Positions 10,739 to 20,441 of a stretch of DNA of 64,000 nucleotides are shown one piece after another. Position 1 is the first letter of the stretch; each line of letters begins with the position of its first letter. The notes beneath the pieces were generated by a model. It had not been told where the DNA came from. It made no database searches and saw nothing but the letters and a program-made list of their open reading frames with translations. The stretch lies in the NCBI GenBank assembly GCA_040902005.1, contig JBBDYA010000045.1, forward strand, positions 99,933 through 163,932, in the 5' to 3' direction. This DNA comes from Gemmatimonadaceae bacterium. GTDB lineage: Bacteria > Gemmatimonadota > Gemmatimonadetes > Gemmatimonadales > Gemmatimonadaceae. The translations under genes and the position numbers were made by a program.

Positions 10739-10993
10739 ATGCTGGGAAACATTGGACCGATGGAACTGTTCATCATTCTCGTGATCGTGCTGGTGGTGTT
10801 CGGCGCGAAGCGCGTTCCCGAGATTGGCGCCTCGATCGGCAAGGGTATTCGCGAGTTCAAGCGGAACATCGGTGACATGGATCGGCAGATCCGCGAGCCG
10901 GATCGGGACGCCCGGGTGGACCGGTTGAACACCGGCGAGCCGGCCCGACGCGAGGAAGACACGACGTCCGAGCCGAAGCGGCTGATCCGCTGA
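10739..10993 (+). CDS. tatA: Twin-arginine translocase subunit TatA/E
   Basis: GPMELFIILVIVLVVFGAKRVPEIGASIGKGIREFK; AGGAG SD upstream. Confidence 0.93.
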   Translation: MLGNIGPMELFIILVIVLVVFGAKRVPEIGASIGKGIREFKRNIGDMDRQIREPDRDARVDRLNTGEPARREEDTTSEPKRLIR

Positions 10994-11013
10994 ACGACGA
11001 GGGCCTTCGTCGT
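10994..11013. terminator. Hairpin between convergent tatA and surA-like genes
   Basis: ACGACGA-GGGCCT-TCGTCGT inverted repeat; no clear U-tract. Confidence 0.35.
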
Positions 11014-11031
11014 CACAGCACTGACGGTCGC

Positions 11032-12858
11032 TCAGGTCGTGAGCCGCCGGATCGCCGCGTTGATCTTCACCCGGTGGTCCTCGATTTTCGCGGTGCCGCG
11101 AAGGTCCGACAGAAAGAGCTGCACCCGCTGCTGCCTGAGTTGCTGAAGGCGCTGTTGCCGGAACGCGTCGCGCTGACTCTCGTAGGCGGCCCGGCTCGCG
11201 TTGACACGCCGATCGACTCGAACCACGCGCACCGCGCTCTCGTCGCGGATCGGGGCGCTGACGGCGCCCACGGCGAGACCGAACGCCGCCCCCATGGCCC
11301 TCGAGTACTGTCCGAGTCCGGGAACAAACGACGTTCTCGTGAAGGCCGGGCTCCTGGTGACCGTGAGGTTGCCGGCGGCGGCAGCGGATTCGAGACCGAT
11401 GGCAGCCGCCCCGCGCGCGACCAGGTCGGCAACGGACATCAACTGGTCCAGTGAGCGCTCGAGCGCGATTGCCTGCCGGATCTCGGCTTCCGCGCGCGCC
11501 AGCGGCAGCGTGCCGCCGGGCACGATGGAATCCAGCCTGGCGATCCAGTAGCCGTTCTCATCGTCAAACAACTCGCTGATTTCACCGGGGCGGGCACCAC
11601 CGAACGCCCAGGCGCCGACGCTCGGAACGATCACCCCATTCAGCCTCGCCGGTTGATTCTCGATGACATCGGTTCGGCTGGCTCGCAGGTGCAGCTGGAC
11701 GGCCGCCGTATCGAACCGGGTACCGTCCTCGAGTCCGGCCGCGATTCGCGCGAGTTCGTCAGCCTGACGGTCCGTGGCCGTGGCAGCAGAGTCGCTCTGA
11801 TGCGGCCGCAGCAGGATGTGGCGGAGTGCGATTGTGTCACCCTTCCGCTCGTCCACGCGGATCAGGTGGTACCCGAATGCGGTCAACACCGGCTCGGACA
11901 GCACGCCCGGCCGCAGCCGGAACGCTGCGTCCTCGAATTCCGGGACGAATCGTCCCCGGACCCCGCGTCCGAGGTAACCGCCGTCGGCGCCAGACACCGT
12001 ATCCACTGATTCGCGACGGGCCACGTCCTCGAACGACGACCCCGTCCGAATCTCCTCGCGCAAGGCGAGCAGTTGCGTGCGCGTCGCCGCACTATCTGCC
12101 GGACCGATCACGCGCGGGATGTGCAGCACCGACAACCAGGCCTGGCCCGGTCGCTCGTATCGCGACGTGTTTGCCTCGAAGTAGGCCTGCACTTCGCTCG
12201 CTGGAATCGCGCCGGCCACCGCCGGGTCGGGCCGGGCAGTCCACGAGACGTAGCTCACTTGCGCCGTATCGTGCTCGTCCCGATACGAGCGCCAGAGATC
12301 CGCATCGGTGATGTATACCCCATCCGCGATCTGCTCGAAGAGCTTTTCCCGCGGAATCTCGCTGCGATAGTAGCTCTCGAGCGCGAGGAGAATCCCCTGC
12401 TGCCTCGCCTGTGGGCTGGCGAGCAGGCGCTGATACTTCACGGGATCGAACTGCCCCTCGGTCTGCAACTCGGGCGCGTTGTACATGAACGGGGGAGGGG
12501 CATAGCGGGCGAATTCGCGCAGTTCATCGTCCGTGACCGTGATTCCGCGCCTGCGGTACTCCTGCTGCAGCAGCACCTGCATGATCATTTCGTCGAGGGT
12601 CTGGTTCTCGACCTGCCGCACTTCGTCCTGCGTCAGGGCCCGACCCGTCTGTTGCTGGTTTTGCAACGCCTGGGAGACGCGCTGCTGCCAGTCGGAATAC
12701 AGGAGGTCACGACCATTCACCTCCGCGACGGCGGTGGTCGGCGTGATCTGGGAGCTTCCTATGAGGCCGGATGAATCGACCAGCAGGAAGCCACCCACAA
12801 AGGCGATGATGATGAACAGCCAGATGTACTTGGCCGCGCTCCGCATCTGATACAGCAC
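11032..12858 (-). CDS. Periplasmic chaperone / parvulin PPIase (PpiD/SurA-like)
   Basis: N-terminal TM anchor, SurA-N-like helical region, parvulin motif SFEDVARRES.D..SG..GG.LG...FVPEFEDAAF...FGYHLI; GAGGAG SD. Confidence 0.88.
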   Translation of the reverse strand: MLYQMRSAAKYIWLFIIIAFVGGFLLVDSSGLIGSSQITPTTAVAEVNGRDLLYSDWQQRVSQALQNQQQTGRALTQDEVRQVENQTLDEMIMQVLLQQEYRRRGITVTDDELREFARYAPPPFMYNAPELQTEGQFDPVKYQRLLASPQARQQGILLALESYYRSEIPREKLFEQIADGVYITDADLWRSYRDEHDTAQVSYVSWTARPDPAVAGAIPASEVQAYFEANTSRYERPGQAWLSVLHIPRVIGPADSAATRTQLLALREEIRTGSSFEDVARRESVDTVSGADGGYLGRGVRGRFVPEFEDAAFRLRPGVLSEPVLTAFGYHLIRVDERKGDTIALRHILLRPHQSDSAATATDRQADELARIAAGLEDGTRFDTAAVQLHLRASRTDVIENQPARLNGVIVPSVGAWAFGGARPGEISELFDDENGYWIARLDSIVPGGTLPLARAEAEIRQAIALERSLDQLMSVADLVARGAAAIGLESAAAAGNLTVTRSPAFTRTSFVPGLGQYSRAMGAAFGLAVGAVSAPIRDESAVRVVRVDRRVNASRAAYESQRDAFRQQRLQQLRQQRVQLFLSDLRGTAKIEDHRVKINAAIRRLTT

Positions 12859-12911
12859 GGGGCGTTACTCCTCGGAGGGGTGGTGCAAAAAAGGCGATGG
12901 ACGAACATCAA

Positions 12912-12990
12912 AAGCTATCCGGCAACAGCAGCTAAAATCAAGTCGCGACGTGACTTCTGATTGACTGCCCGCGTCTGCGGGATGTATCTT
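12912..12990. promoter_or_regulatory. Back-to-back candidate sigma70 promoters
   Basis: Minus strand: TTGATT (12941-12936)-N18-TAGCTT (12917-12912). Plus strand: TTGACT (12961-12966)-N18-TATCTT (12985-12990), with CCCGC-N4-GCGGG in the spacer. Confidence 0.5.
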
Positions 12991-13031
12991 CAGGATCCCT
13001 TCGCCTCGCTCGCGCTCTCACAAAATCGCCC

Positions 13032-15062
13032 ATGGCGAGCTCTGCCCGCATCGACGAACTCCGCAAGAAATTCGAGGAAAACCCGCGGCGCTATTTCGCT
13101 CCGTTGGCGAACGAGTACCGCAAGGCGGGGGAAGTCGACCAGGCCATCACGATCTGCCGCGAGTACCTGCCGCAGCAGCCGGGCCACATGAGTGGTCACA
13201 TCGTGTACGGCCAGGCGCTGTACGAGTCGCGCCAGTTCGAGGAAGCGAAGGCCGTGTTTGAGACGGCGCTCTCCCTCGATCCCGAGAATCTCATCGCGCT
13301 GCGCCACCTCGGTGACATCGCGCTGATACTTGGTGATTCGGGCGGTGCACGCGCCTGGTACCGGCGTGTGCTCGAGGCGGATCCGCGCAACGAGGAGATT
13401 CAGGCGCAGCTCGCCTCCCTCGACCAGGCGGCGTCGCAAGCGCCGACTCCGGCGGTGGGCGCCGGCGCTCTCGGTGCCGCCGCGTCCGCGACGGGGGGAC
13501 GGACGCCTTCATCGGCCGCAACGGTTGTGCTCAAGGCAGTACCCAGGCCGGGCGCGGCGCCTGCCGCTCCCGCCGCCCGTCCCCAGCCGCCAACAACAGC
13601 CACGAGTCCCACGGCGGAGATTGTCGTGGACGCGATCGTCCCTCCCCAGCCTGAATCCCTGCTGGTGCAGGGGCTCGATCTCGGCGTTCCTGCAGAACCC
13701 TCGACACCGGCGCTTGAGGGCCTCCAGGCCACGGCCGCAGCGGGCGCCGATGCACCACCAATGAACTCGTTCAGTCTCGACGGGTTGGAAACCACGTCGT
13801 TCGCTGCTGAAACTCCGAGCGATGCGCCGTCCCCGGTCGCGGCACCGCCGCCGGACCTCGACTTCGGCGCGGCGGCGGCGGCGCCAGCCTCGTCGGAGCG
13901 GCAGGATCCGCCAGCGCCGATGCCTCTCATGGATTTCGGGACCCCCGACCCTGTACCGGTGGCGTCGGACGATCCCGCACCCCTGGATCTCGAGCTGGGT
14001 TCGCTCGATGCCCCGCCCCCCCCAGTGGTCCCGTCCAGCCCCTCGGCTACGGCTTCCGCGGAGCCCTCGACGGTGCCGGAGTTGGATCTCGACATTCCAG
14101 CCCCCCCTCCGCCGCCACCGATGGAGATCGATCTGTCACCACCCTCGGGTCTGGCGATGGAACTCGACCTGCCGGGGGCTGGGGCATTGTCACAGGCGCA
14201 GCTGACTCCGTTGCCGGAACTCGAGATTTCGGGGGCTCCGTTTGTCGCGCCGGCTGACGAGTTGGAAGTCGTCACCCCGGCCACGCCCGCGGATGTGTTC
14301 GCGGAGGTGTCCGCGCCGCAGTCAGAGGCGCGGGACGCCGACCCGTTCCTGACGCAAACGATGGCGGAGTTGTACCTCCAGCAGGGGCATCGCGAGGAGG
14401 CGCTGCGCGTGTACCGCGCGCTGTCGGCAGAGCGTCCGGATGATGCCGAGCTGCGGGACAAGGTGGAGCGGCTGGAACGGCCAGAACCGCCGCCGCCGAC
14501 CGCTGGGCAGGAGATAGCGCCGGCCGCGACTCGCCAGGTCGAGCGCGGAGGGCCCACGATCCGGGACGTGCTGCACCGCATCGCCCTCCGCCGCCCTGGG
14601 TATCGGGCAGAGGCGCCCCAGTCCGGATCGAATGGCAACGCCGTCGCCCCGATCGCCGCGGCGTCCCGGCTGCCGAATCGCATGGGGGGAGATGCGCTGG
14701 CTCCGGCCTTCGGCTTCACCTATCCGGGAGAATCCGACGAACGCGCCGCAGTGGCCCTGGCACTGGCGTTTTCTTCGAACGGCGCCGGGAACAGCGCCGA
14801 TGAGGCATCATCCACGTCCGGCGCGCCGGCGCGAACTGCGCCGAACGAATTGACGCTGGACAGCGTGTTTGGCGCCCAGCCGCCCGCTCCCGCCGCACAG
14901 AGCTTCTCGTTCGACCAGTTCTTCTCGCGTCGGGCGTCCGCGGAACACGCGGTGGGCATGGGCGAGGGGGGGGGGGGAGGGGCCATCGAGCCGGGCGCCG
15001 CGGAATCACAGGCGGACGCCACCCAGTTCACGCAGTGGCTCGAGGGGCTGAAACGGCGGTGA
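13032..15062 (+). CDS. TPR-containing protein with long Pro/Ala/Asp-rich linker
   Basis: N-terminal TPRs (FAPLANEYRKAG...), late TPR (TMAELYLQQGH...), C-terminal F.QWL..LK motif. Confidence 0.8.
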   Translation: MASSARIDELRKKFEENPRRYFAPLANEYRKAGEVDQAITICREYLPQQPGHMSGHIVYGQALYESRQFEEAKAVFETALSLDPENLIALRHLGDIALILGDSGGARAWYRRVLEADPRNEEIQAQLASLDQAASQAPTPAVGAGALGAAASATGGRTPSSAATVVLKAVPRPGAAPAAPAARPQPPTTATSPTAEIVVDAIVPPQPESLLVQGLDLGVPAEPSTPALEGLQATAAAGADAPPMNSFSLDGLETTSFAAETPSDAPSPVAAPPPDLDFGAAAAAPASSERQDPPAPMPLMDFGTPDPVPVASDDPAPLDLELGSLDAPPPPVVPSSPSATASAEPSTVPELDLDIPAPPPPPPMEIDLSPPSGLAMELDLPGAGALSQAQLTPLPELEISGAPFVAPADELEVVTPATPADVFAEVSAPQSEARDADPFLTQTMAELYLQQGHREEALRVYRALSAERPDDAELRDKVERLERPEPPPPTAGQEIAPAATRQVERGGPTIRDVLHRIALRRPGYRAEAPQSGSNGNAVAPIAAASRLPNRMGGDALAPAFGFTYPGESDERAAVALALAFSSNGAGNSADEASSTSGAPARTAPNELTLDSVFGAQPPAPAAQSFSFDQFFSRRASAEHAVGMGEGGGGGAIEPGAAESQADATQFTQWLEGLKRR

Positions 15063-15499
15063 AAATCGCCGTGCTCAACGGTCCAAACCTGAATCTGCTC
15101 GGGCTTCGGGAGCCATCGGTATACGGCACGGAGACGCTGGCCGACATCGAGCGGCGTCTCGCGGTGGTCGCGCGGGAGCTTCGCGTCGACCTCGAGTGCT
15201 CGCAGCACAACGGCGAGGGCGAGCTGATCGACCGGATTCACGCACTGCGGGGGACGGCGCAGGGAGCGTTGGTCAACGCCGGCGCGTACTCCCACTCGAG
15301 TCTCGCCCTGCGCGACGCTCTGGTCGGTATCTCGCTGCCATTCATCGAAGTGCACCTCACGAACGTGTTCGCGCGCGAGCGGGAGCGGCGTCGCTCCATG
15401 CTGGCGAGTGCCGCGGTGGGCGTCGTCTCCGGGCTGGGCGCCTTCGGCTACGAGTTGGCGCTCCGCGGGCTTGTGGCGCACCTCGCGGCGCGTGGTTGA
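15059..15499 (+). CDS. aroQ: Type II 3-dehydroquinate dehydratase
   Basis: LNGPNLNLLGLREPSVYG, NAGAYSHSS, EVHLTN; GTGA overlap. Confidence 0.95.
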   Translation: MKIAVLNGPNLNLLGLREPSVYGTETLADIERRLAVVARELRVDLECSQHNGEGELIDRIHALRGTAQGALVNAGAYSHSSLALRDALVGISLPFIEVHLTNVFARERERRRSMLASAAVGVVSGLGAFGYELALRGLVAHLAARG

Positions 15500-16580
15500 C
15501 CAGCGGCCGCGCAGAATCGCGGCGCTGGTCGACGGGTTGACGGGAGCGCACCTCGACGGCCTGCTGGTCACCGGGGCCGCCAATGTGCGGTATCTCAGCG
15601 GTTTCTCGGGCTCGAGTGCGATGCTGCTGGTGACGCCGCGGGAAACGCTGCTCATCACGGATTTCCGGTATCAGACGCAGGCGGCGGACGAGATCGGCGA
15701 CCTTGCCCGGATCGTGATCGAACCACAGAGCCTGTGGAATGGCCTCTGGCAGCACCTCGGACAGCGTGCGCATCTCGCCGTGGTGGGGTTCGAGTCGGCG
15801 CACCTGGTGCATCGGGATTTTCAGCGTCTGCTGGAAGCGGGTTCACGCTGCCAGTGGCGACCGACGATGGACCTGGTCGAGGCCCTGCGCGAGCGGAAGG
15901 ACGTCGGCGAGCTGGCCTTGATTGGCGAGGCGGTCGCGGCGGCGGAGCGCGCGCTGAGGCTGGCGCTGGAACAGACACGCGCGGGGATGAGCGAGCTCGA
16001 GGTGGCGGGGGTGCTGGAATCCGCACTGCGGCAATCCGGAAGTGATGGCTTTCCCTTTCCGTCCATCGTGGCGTCGGGGCCCAATGCCGCGCTGCCACAC
16101 GCGCATCCAACGAGCCGGGAGCTGAGGGCTGGAGACTTTCTTCTGCTCGACTTTGGTGCGCGCGTGGGCGGGTATTGTTCGGACATTACGCGGACGTTCG
16201 TCGTTGGGCGCGCGTCGGAAGAGCAGCGCGAGTTCTATGGCGTGGTGCGCGCGGCCAACGAGCGCGCGATTGCGGCGGTGCGGCCCGGGATGAGTGGGCG
16301 GGATGCCGACGGGGTGGCGCGGGGCTACATTGAGGACCGCGGGTTCGGGGATCTGTTCGGGCACAGCCTGGGGCATGGGATCGGGCTGGAGGTGCACGAG
16401 GCGCCCCGGCTGGCCAGGACGGCGGAGGGCCCGCTCGTGCAGGGCGCAGTCGTGACGGTGGAACCTGGTCTCTACCGGCCGGGGTGGGGCGGAGTGCGAA
16501 TCGAAGATGACGTGCATCTGGGCGCCGACGGCGCAGAGGTGCTCACGCGCTTTACGCGAGAGCTGATCGAAATCGGCTGA
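15492..16580 (+). CDS. Xaa-Pro peptidase (M24 family)
   Basis: RYLSGFSGS, TDFRY, DFGA..GYCSDITRT, HSLGHGIGLEVHE, TVEPGLY, GVRIEDD. Confidence 0.92.
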   Translation: MVDQRPRRIAALVDGLTGAHLDGLLVTGAANVRYLSGFSGSSAMLLVTPRETLLITDFRYQTQAADEIGDLARIVIEPQSLWNGLWQHLGQRAHLAVVGFESAHLVHRDFQRLLEAGSRCQWRPTMDLVEALRERKDVGELALIGEAVAAAERALRLALEQTRAGMSELEVAGVLESALRQSGSDGFPFPSIVASGPNAALPHAHPTSRELRAGDFLLLDFGARVGGYCSDITRTFVVGRASEEQREFYGVVRAANERAIAAVRPGMSGRDADGVARGYIEDRGFGDLFGHSLGHGIGLEVHEAPRLARTAEGPLVQGAVVTVEPGLYRPGWGGVRIEDDVHLGADGAEVLTRFTRELIEIG

Positions 16581-16615
16581 CGCGCGTCGCGGCGCTGGTA
16601 CACGCAACGGGGCCT

Positions 16616-17125
16616 ATGATCGACCTACGCTACGTGAAGAAGCTGATCGAGATGATCGACGAGTCCTCGGTGGACTCGGTGGAGATCTTGACAGAGAAGG
16701 GCGTCAAGATCCGGATCGCGAAGAGTCCCACGCAGCGGGGCGGGGTGGCGATGGGCGCGCCCATGCATCTCGCCGCCATGATGCACGCCAGCATGGCAGA
16801 CTCCCGGGCGCCAGCGCTCGCGGGCTCGCCACCTCCGGCCCCCGAGGCGGTCGCGCCCGCGCGGGCGGAGCCAGCGACCTCGCTCCTGGAGGTGAAGTCC
16901 CCCATGGTCGGCACGTATTACACCGCGCCTGAGCCGGGTGCCAAACCGTACGTCTCGGTGGGGGACCGCGTCACCAAGGGCAAGACGCTGTGCATCATCG
17001 AAGCGATGAAGATCATGAACGAGATCGAGTCCGAATACACCGGCGTCGTGAAAGACGTGCTGGCGCAGGACGCACAGCCGGTGGAGTACGGACAGGTCCT
17101 TTTCCGGATCGATCCCAATGGTTGA
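16616..17125 (+). CDS. accB: Acetyl-CoA carboxylase biotin carboxyl carrier protein
   Basis: SPMVGTYY, EAMKIMNEI biotinylation motif, PVEYGQ. Confidence 0.95.
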   Translation: MIDLRYVKKLIEMIDESSVDSVEILTEKGVKIRIAKSPTQRGGVAMGAPMHLAAMMHASMADSRAPALAGSPPPAPEAVAPARAEPATSLLEVKSPMVGTYYTAPEPGAKPYVSVGDRVTKGKTLCIIEAMKIMNEIESEYTGVVKDVLAQDAQPVEYGQVLFRIDPNG

Positions 17126-18296
17126 CGCCAGCGCCGCGCCCGTTGGCGGGACACCACCCGAGGCGGGGACCGCCGGAGCATCGTTCAACTTCAAGGCGGT
17201 GCTCCAGCAGCTCGTGCAGATGGGCGCGTCCGACCTGCACCTCAAGGTCGGCCGCCCTCCGACCGTGCGTCTCAACGGCGACCTGATCGCGCTCGACCTG
17301 CCCACGCTCAAGCCCGAAGACCTGAAGACGCTGGCCGAGCAGCTGATGAACCCGAAGCAGGTGAAGCAGTTCACCGAAGAGAAGGAGTGCGACTTCGCCA
17401 TCGGGGTGCCGGGGATCGGACGTTTTCGCGTGAATCTCTACCAGCAGCGCGGCTCGCTGTGCTACGCGATGCGGGCGATTCCGTACAACACGCAGCGGAT
17501 CGAGGAGTTGGCGCTCCCGAAGGTGCTCGAGGAGATTGCCCTGAAGCCGCGCGGCCTGATCCTCGTGACAGGCGTGACGGGGTCCGGGAAGTCCACGGCA
17601 CTCGCGGCGATGATCCAGCACATCAACGACCAGCACAAGGCCAACATCATCACGATCGAGGATCCGATCGAATTCCTGCACCGGGACATCAACTGCCACA
17701 TCAACCAGCGCGAAGTCGGCACCGATACGGCGACGTTCGCGCAGGCACTGCGGCGGGTGCTCCGCCAGGATCCCGACGTCATTCTCATCGGGGAGATCCG
17801 GGATCTCGAAACGCTGGACGCGGCGCTCAAGGCGGCGGATACGGGACACCTCGTCTTCTCGACGCTGCACACGATGGATGCGACGCAGACCATCCAGCGC
17901 GTGCTGTCGTTCTATCCGCCGCACCAGCAGGCGGAGGTGCGCTTTTCGCTCGCCAACGCGCTGCAAGCGGTGGTCTCATTGCGGCTGGTGCCGCGGGCGG
18001 ACAAGCCCGGCCGGGTGCCGGCGTGTGAAGTTCTCATCAACACGGCGGCCGTGCGGGATCAGATCCGCGACATGCAGTCGTCTCTGAACATTCCGGACCT
18101 CATCAAGGAGGGCACGGTACAGTACGGCATGCAGTCCTTCGACCAGTCCCTGATGCAGTGGTACAAGCAGGGCGTGATCTCGTACGAAAGCGCGATGTTC
18201 TACGCCACGAGCCCCGCGGAGTTCGCGCTGCGCATCCAGGGCGTCGCGGGAACGAGCGACACGAGCTGGAACTCGTTCGAACAGGCCAAACGCTGA
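17118..18296 (+). CDS. pilT: Type IV pilus retraction ATPase (PilT/PilU family)
   Basis: ASDLHL, RFRVN, Walker [49 protein letters not shown]. Confidence 0.88.
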   Translation: MVDASAAPVGGTPPEAGTAGASFNFKAVLQQLVQMGASDLHLKVGRPPTVRLNGDLIALDLPTLKPEDLKTLAEQLMNPKQVKQFTEEKECDFAIGVPGIGRFRVNLYQQRGSLCYAMRAIPYNTQRIEELALPKVLEEIALKPRGLILVTGVTGSGKSTALAAMIQHINDQHKANIITIEDPIEFLHRDINCHINQREVGTDTATFAQALRRVLRQDPDVILIGEIRDLETLDAALKAADTGHLVFSTLHTMDATQTIQRVLSFYPPHQQAEVRFSLANALQAVVSLRLVPRADKPGRVPACEVLINTAAVRDQIRDMQSSLNIPDLIKEGTVQYGMQSFDQSLMQWYKQGVISYESAMFYATSPAEFALRIQGVAGTSDTSWNSFEQAKR

Positions 18297-18315
18297 CGCC
18301 TCCCGTCGCACCCGC

Positions 18316-19680
18316 ATGTTCAAGAAAGTCCTGATTGCCAACCGCGGCGAGATCGCGCTTCGCGTGATTCGCGCGTGCCGCGAACTTGGCATCCAGACGG
18401 TTGCCGTGTATTCAGAAGCGGATCGGGAGTCGCTGCACGTGCGCTTCGCGGACGACGACGTCTGCATCGGCCCGCCGCCCAGTCGCGATTCATACCTGCG
18501 GATTCCCCGGTTGATTGCCGCGGCAGAGATCACCGGCGCGGACGCCATCCATCCCGGCTATGGCTTTCTTGCCGAGAACGCCGAATTCGCGGAGATCTGC
18601 ACCGCCAGCAACGTGACCTTCATCGGGCCCACGGCGCACCAGATTCGCGTGATGGGCGACAAGGCGGCCGCGCGGCGCGCCATGACAGAGGTCGGCGTGC
18701 CGATCGTGCCGGGAAGTCCCGGGCCCGTCGACGATCCCGAGCAGGCGCTGGTGTTCGCCCGATCCATCGGATTCCCGGTCATCATCAAGGCGGCGGCCGG
18801 TGGTGGGGGCAAGGGGATGCGGGTGGCGCGCGACGCTGACGACTTCGGGCGCTCGTTCCAGCTGGCCCGTTCCGAGGCCCTTTCGGCCTTTGGCAACGGG
18901 GACGTGTATGTCGAGAAGTACCTCGAGCGGCCGCGCCATATCGAGTTCCAGATCCTGGGCGACCAGTTCGGCAACGTCATTCACCTCGGCGAGCGCGATT
19001 GTTCCGTGCAGCGACGCCACCAGAAGCTGATCGAAGAGGCGCCCAGTCCAGCCGTCACGCCGGCGCTCCGCGAAGCCATGGGCAACGCCGCGGTGGCGGG
19101 CGCGAAGGCCATCAACTACGTAGGTGCGGGCACGATCGAGATGCTGCTCGACACGGACGGCTCCTTCTATTTCATGGAGATGAATACCCGCATCCAGGTC
19201 GAGCACCCCGTCACGGAGATGCTGACCGGCGTGGACCTCGTGAAGGAGCAGATCCGCGTGGCGGCGGGGGAAAAGCTGTCGGTCATGGAGCTGCCGCCCC
19301 TGCGTGGGCACGTCATCGAGTGCCGCGTGAATGCCGAGGACCCGTACCGCAACTTCCAGCCGTCGCCGGGGAAGATCACCACGTTTCACCCGCCCGGCGG
19401 GCCGGGCGTTCGCATCGATTCCCACGTGTATGCGGGCTATACCGTCCCTCCCTATTACGATTCGCTCATCGCAAAGCTCATCGTGCAGGGGCGCGACCGC
19501 GCGGAGGCGCTCATCCGTATGCGCGTCGCGCTCGAATCCTTCGTGGTCGAAGGGGTGACGACGACCATTCCGTTCCTTGCGCGGGTCATGCAGAATGACC
19601 GCTTCGCCCGCGGCGATGTAGACACCAAATTCCTCGAACGCGAGCCCGAACTCTTTCGGGATCTGCGGGAGGCTGTCTGA
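18316..19680 (+). CDS. accC: Biotin carboxylase
   Basis: [59 protein letters not shown]. Confidence 0.97.
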   Translation: MFKKVLIANRGEIALRVIRACRELGIQTVAVYSEADRESLHVRFADDDVCIGPPPSRDSYLRIPRLIAAAEITGADAIHPGYGFLAENAEFAEICTASNVTFIGPTAHQIRVMGDKAAARRAMTEVGVPIVPGSPGPVDDPEQALVFARSIGFPVIIKAAAGGGGKGMRVARDADDFGRSFQLARSEALSAFGNGDVYVEKYLERPRHIEFQILGDQFGNVIHLGERDCSVQRRHQKLIEEAPSPAVTPALREAMGNAAVAGAKAINYVGAGTIEMLLDTDGSFYFMEMNTRIQVEHPVTEMLTGVDLVKEQIRVAAGEKLSVMELPPLRGHVIECRVNAEDPYRNFQPSPGKITTFHPPGGPGVRIDSHVYAGYTVPPYYDSLIAKLIVQGRDRAEALIRMRVALESFVVEGVTTTIPFLARVMQNDRFARGDVDTKFLEREPELFRDLREAV

Positions 19681-20426
19681 TGCGTGTGGACGTGTTCTTC
19701 CTGCCGCAGGAAGTGACACCGGCGGATGTCGCCAGCCGACTCGTCGCCGTGGTGGACGTGCTGCGCGCGTCCACGAGCATTGCCGTCGCCCTTGCCAACG
19801 GCGCCCGGGCCGTCATCCCGCTGGCGAGCTCGGAGGACGTGGCCGCCCGCGCGAAATCCCTGGAGCGCAGCGAAGTGCGGCTCGCCGGCGAACGCCGCAT
19901 GAAGCCGGTGCCCGGATTCGACCTCGGCAACTCCCCTCTGGAGTTCACGAAGGAGGCGGTGGAGGGCAAAACGGTCGTCATGAGCACCACCAACGGCACG
20001 GGGACCATTCTCGCCATCCAGGGGGCGCGTGACGTGGTGATCGCGTCGTACGTCAACTTCTCGGCGGTGCTGTCCATGCTGCGCTCCGCGCTCCGCGGCG
20101 GGACGGACGTCGCGATCGTCTGTGCCGGCCAGGAGCGCCGGTTCGCCCTCGAGGACGCTGCCTGTGCCGGGCTGTTCGTTCAACACCTCACCAGCAAGCA
20201 CACCAAGGCCGAGATCAATGATGCCGCGCAATCGGCCATTCTCATCGACAAGAAGTTCGGCACGAACTACAAGCGCCTGCTCAAGGCCTCGGCGCACGGC
20301 GTCGCGCTCGCTGACGCGGGATACGCCGCCGATCTCGATGCGTGCGCCGATCTCGATTCCCATCCTGTCGTTCCCGTCTACCAGGACCGGCAGATCACCA
20401 GGCTTGGCCCGGATCGCGCGCGCTGA
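19680..20426 (+). CDS. comB: 2-phosphosulfolactate phosphatase family protein
   Basis: VDVLRAST, GER, GFDLGNSP, TTNGT, FALED. Confidence 0.88.
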   Translation: MRVDVFFLPQEVTPADVASRLVAVVDVLRASTSIAVALANGARAVIPLASSEDVAARAKSLERSEVRLAGERRMKPVPGFDLGNSPLEFTKEAVEGKTVVMSTTNGTGTILAIQGARDVVIASYVNFSAVLSMLRSALRGGTDVAIVCAGQERRFALEDAACAGLFVQHLTSKHTKAEINDAAQSAILIDKKFGTNYKRLLKASAHGVALADAGYAADLDACADLDSHPVVPVYQDRQITRLGPDRAR

Positions 20427-20441
20427 GGCGGGCAGTGACGC

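Noticed and set aside
13400..14340. Repeat array in the TPR linker
   Set aside because: Recurring LDL/DLD peptide motifs in a Pro-rich linker, with no regular DNA repeat or spacer structure.
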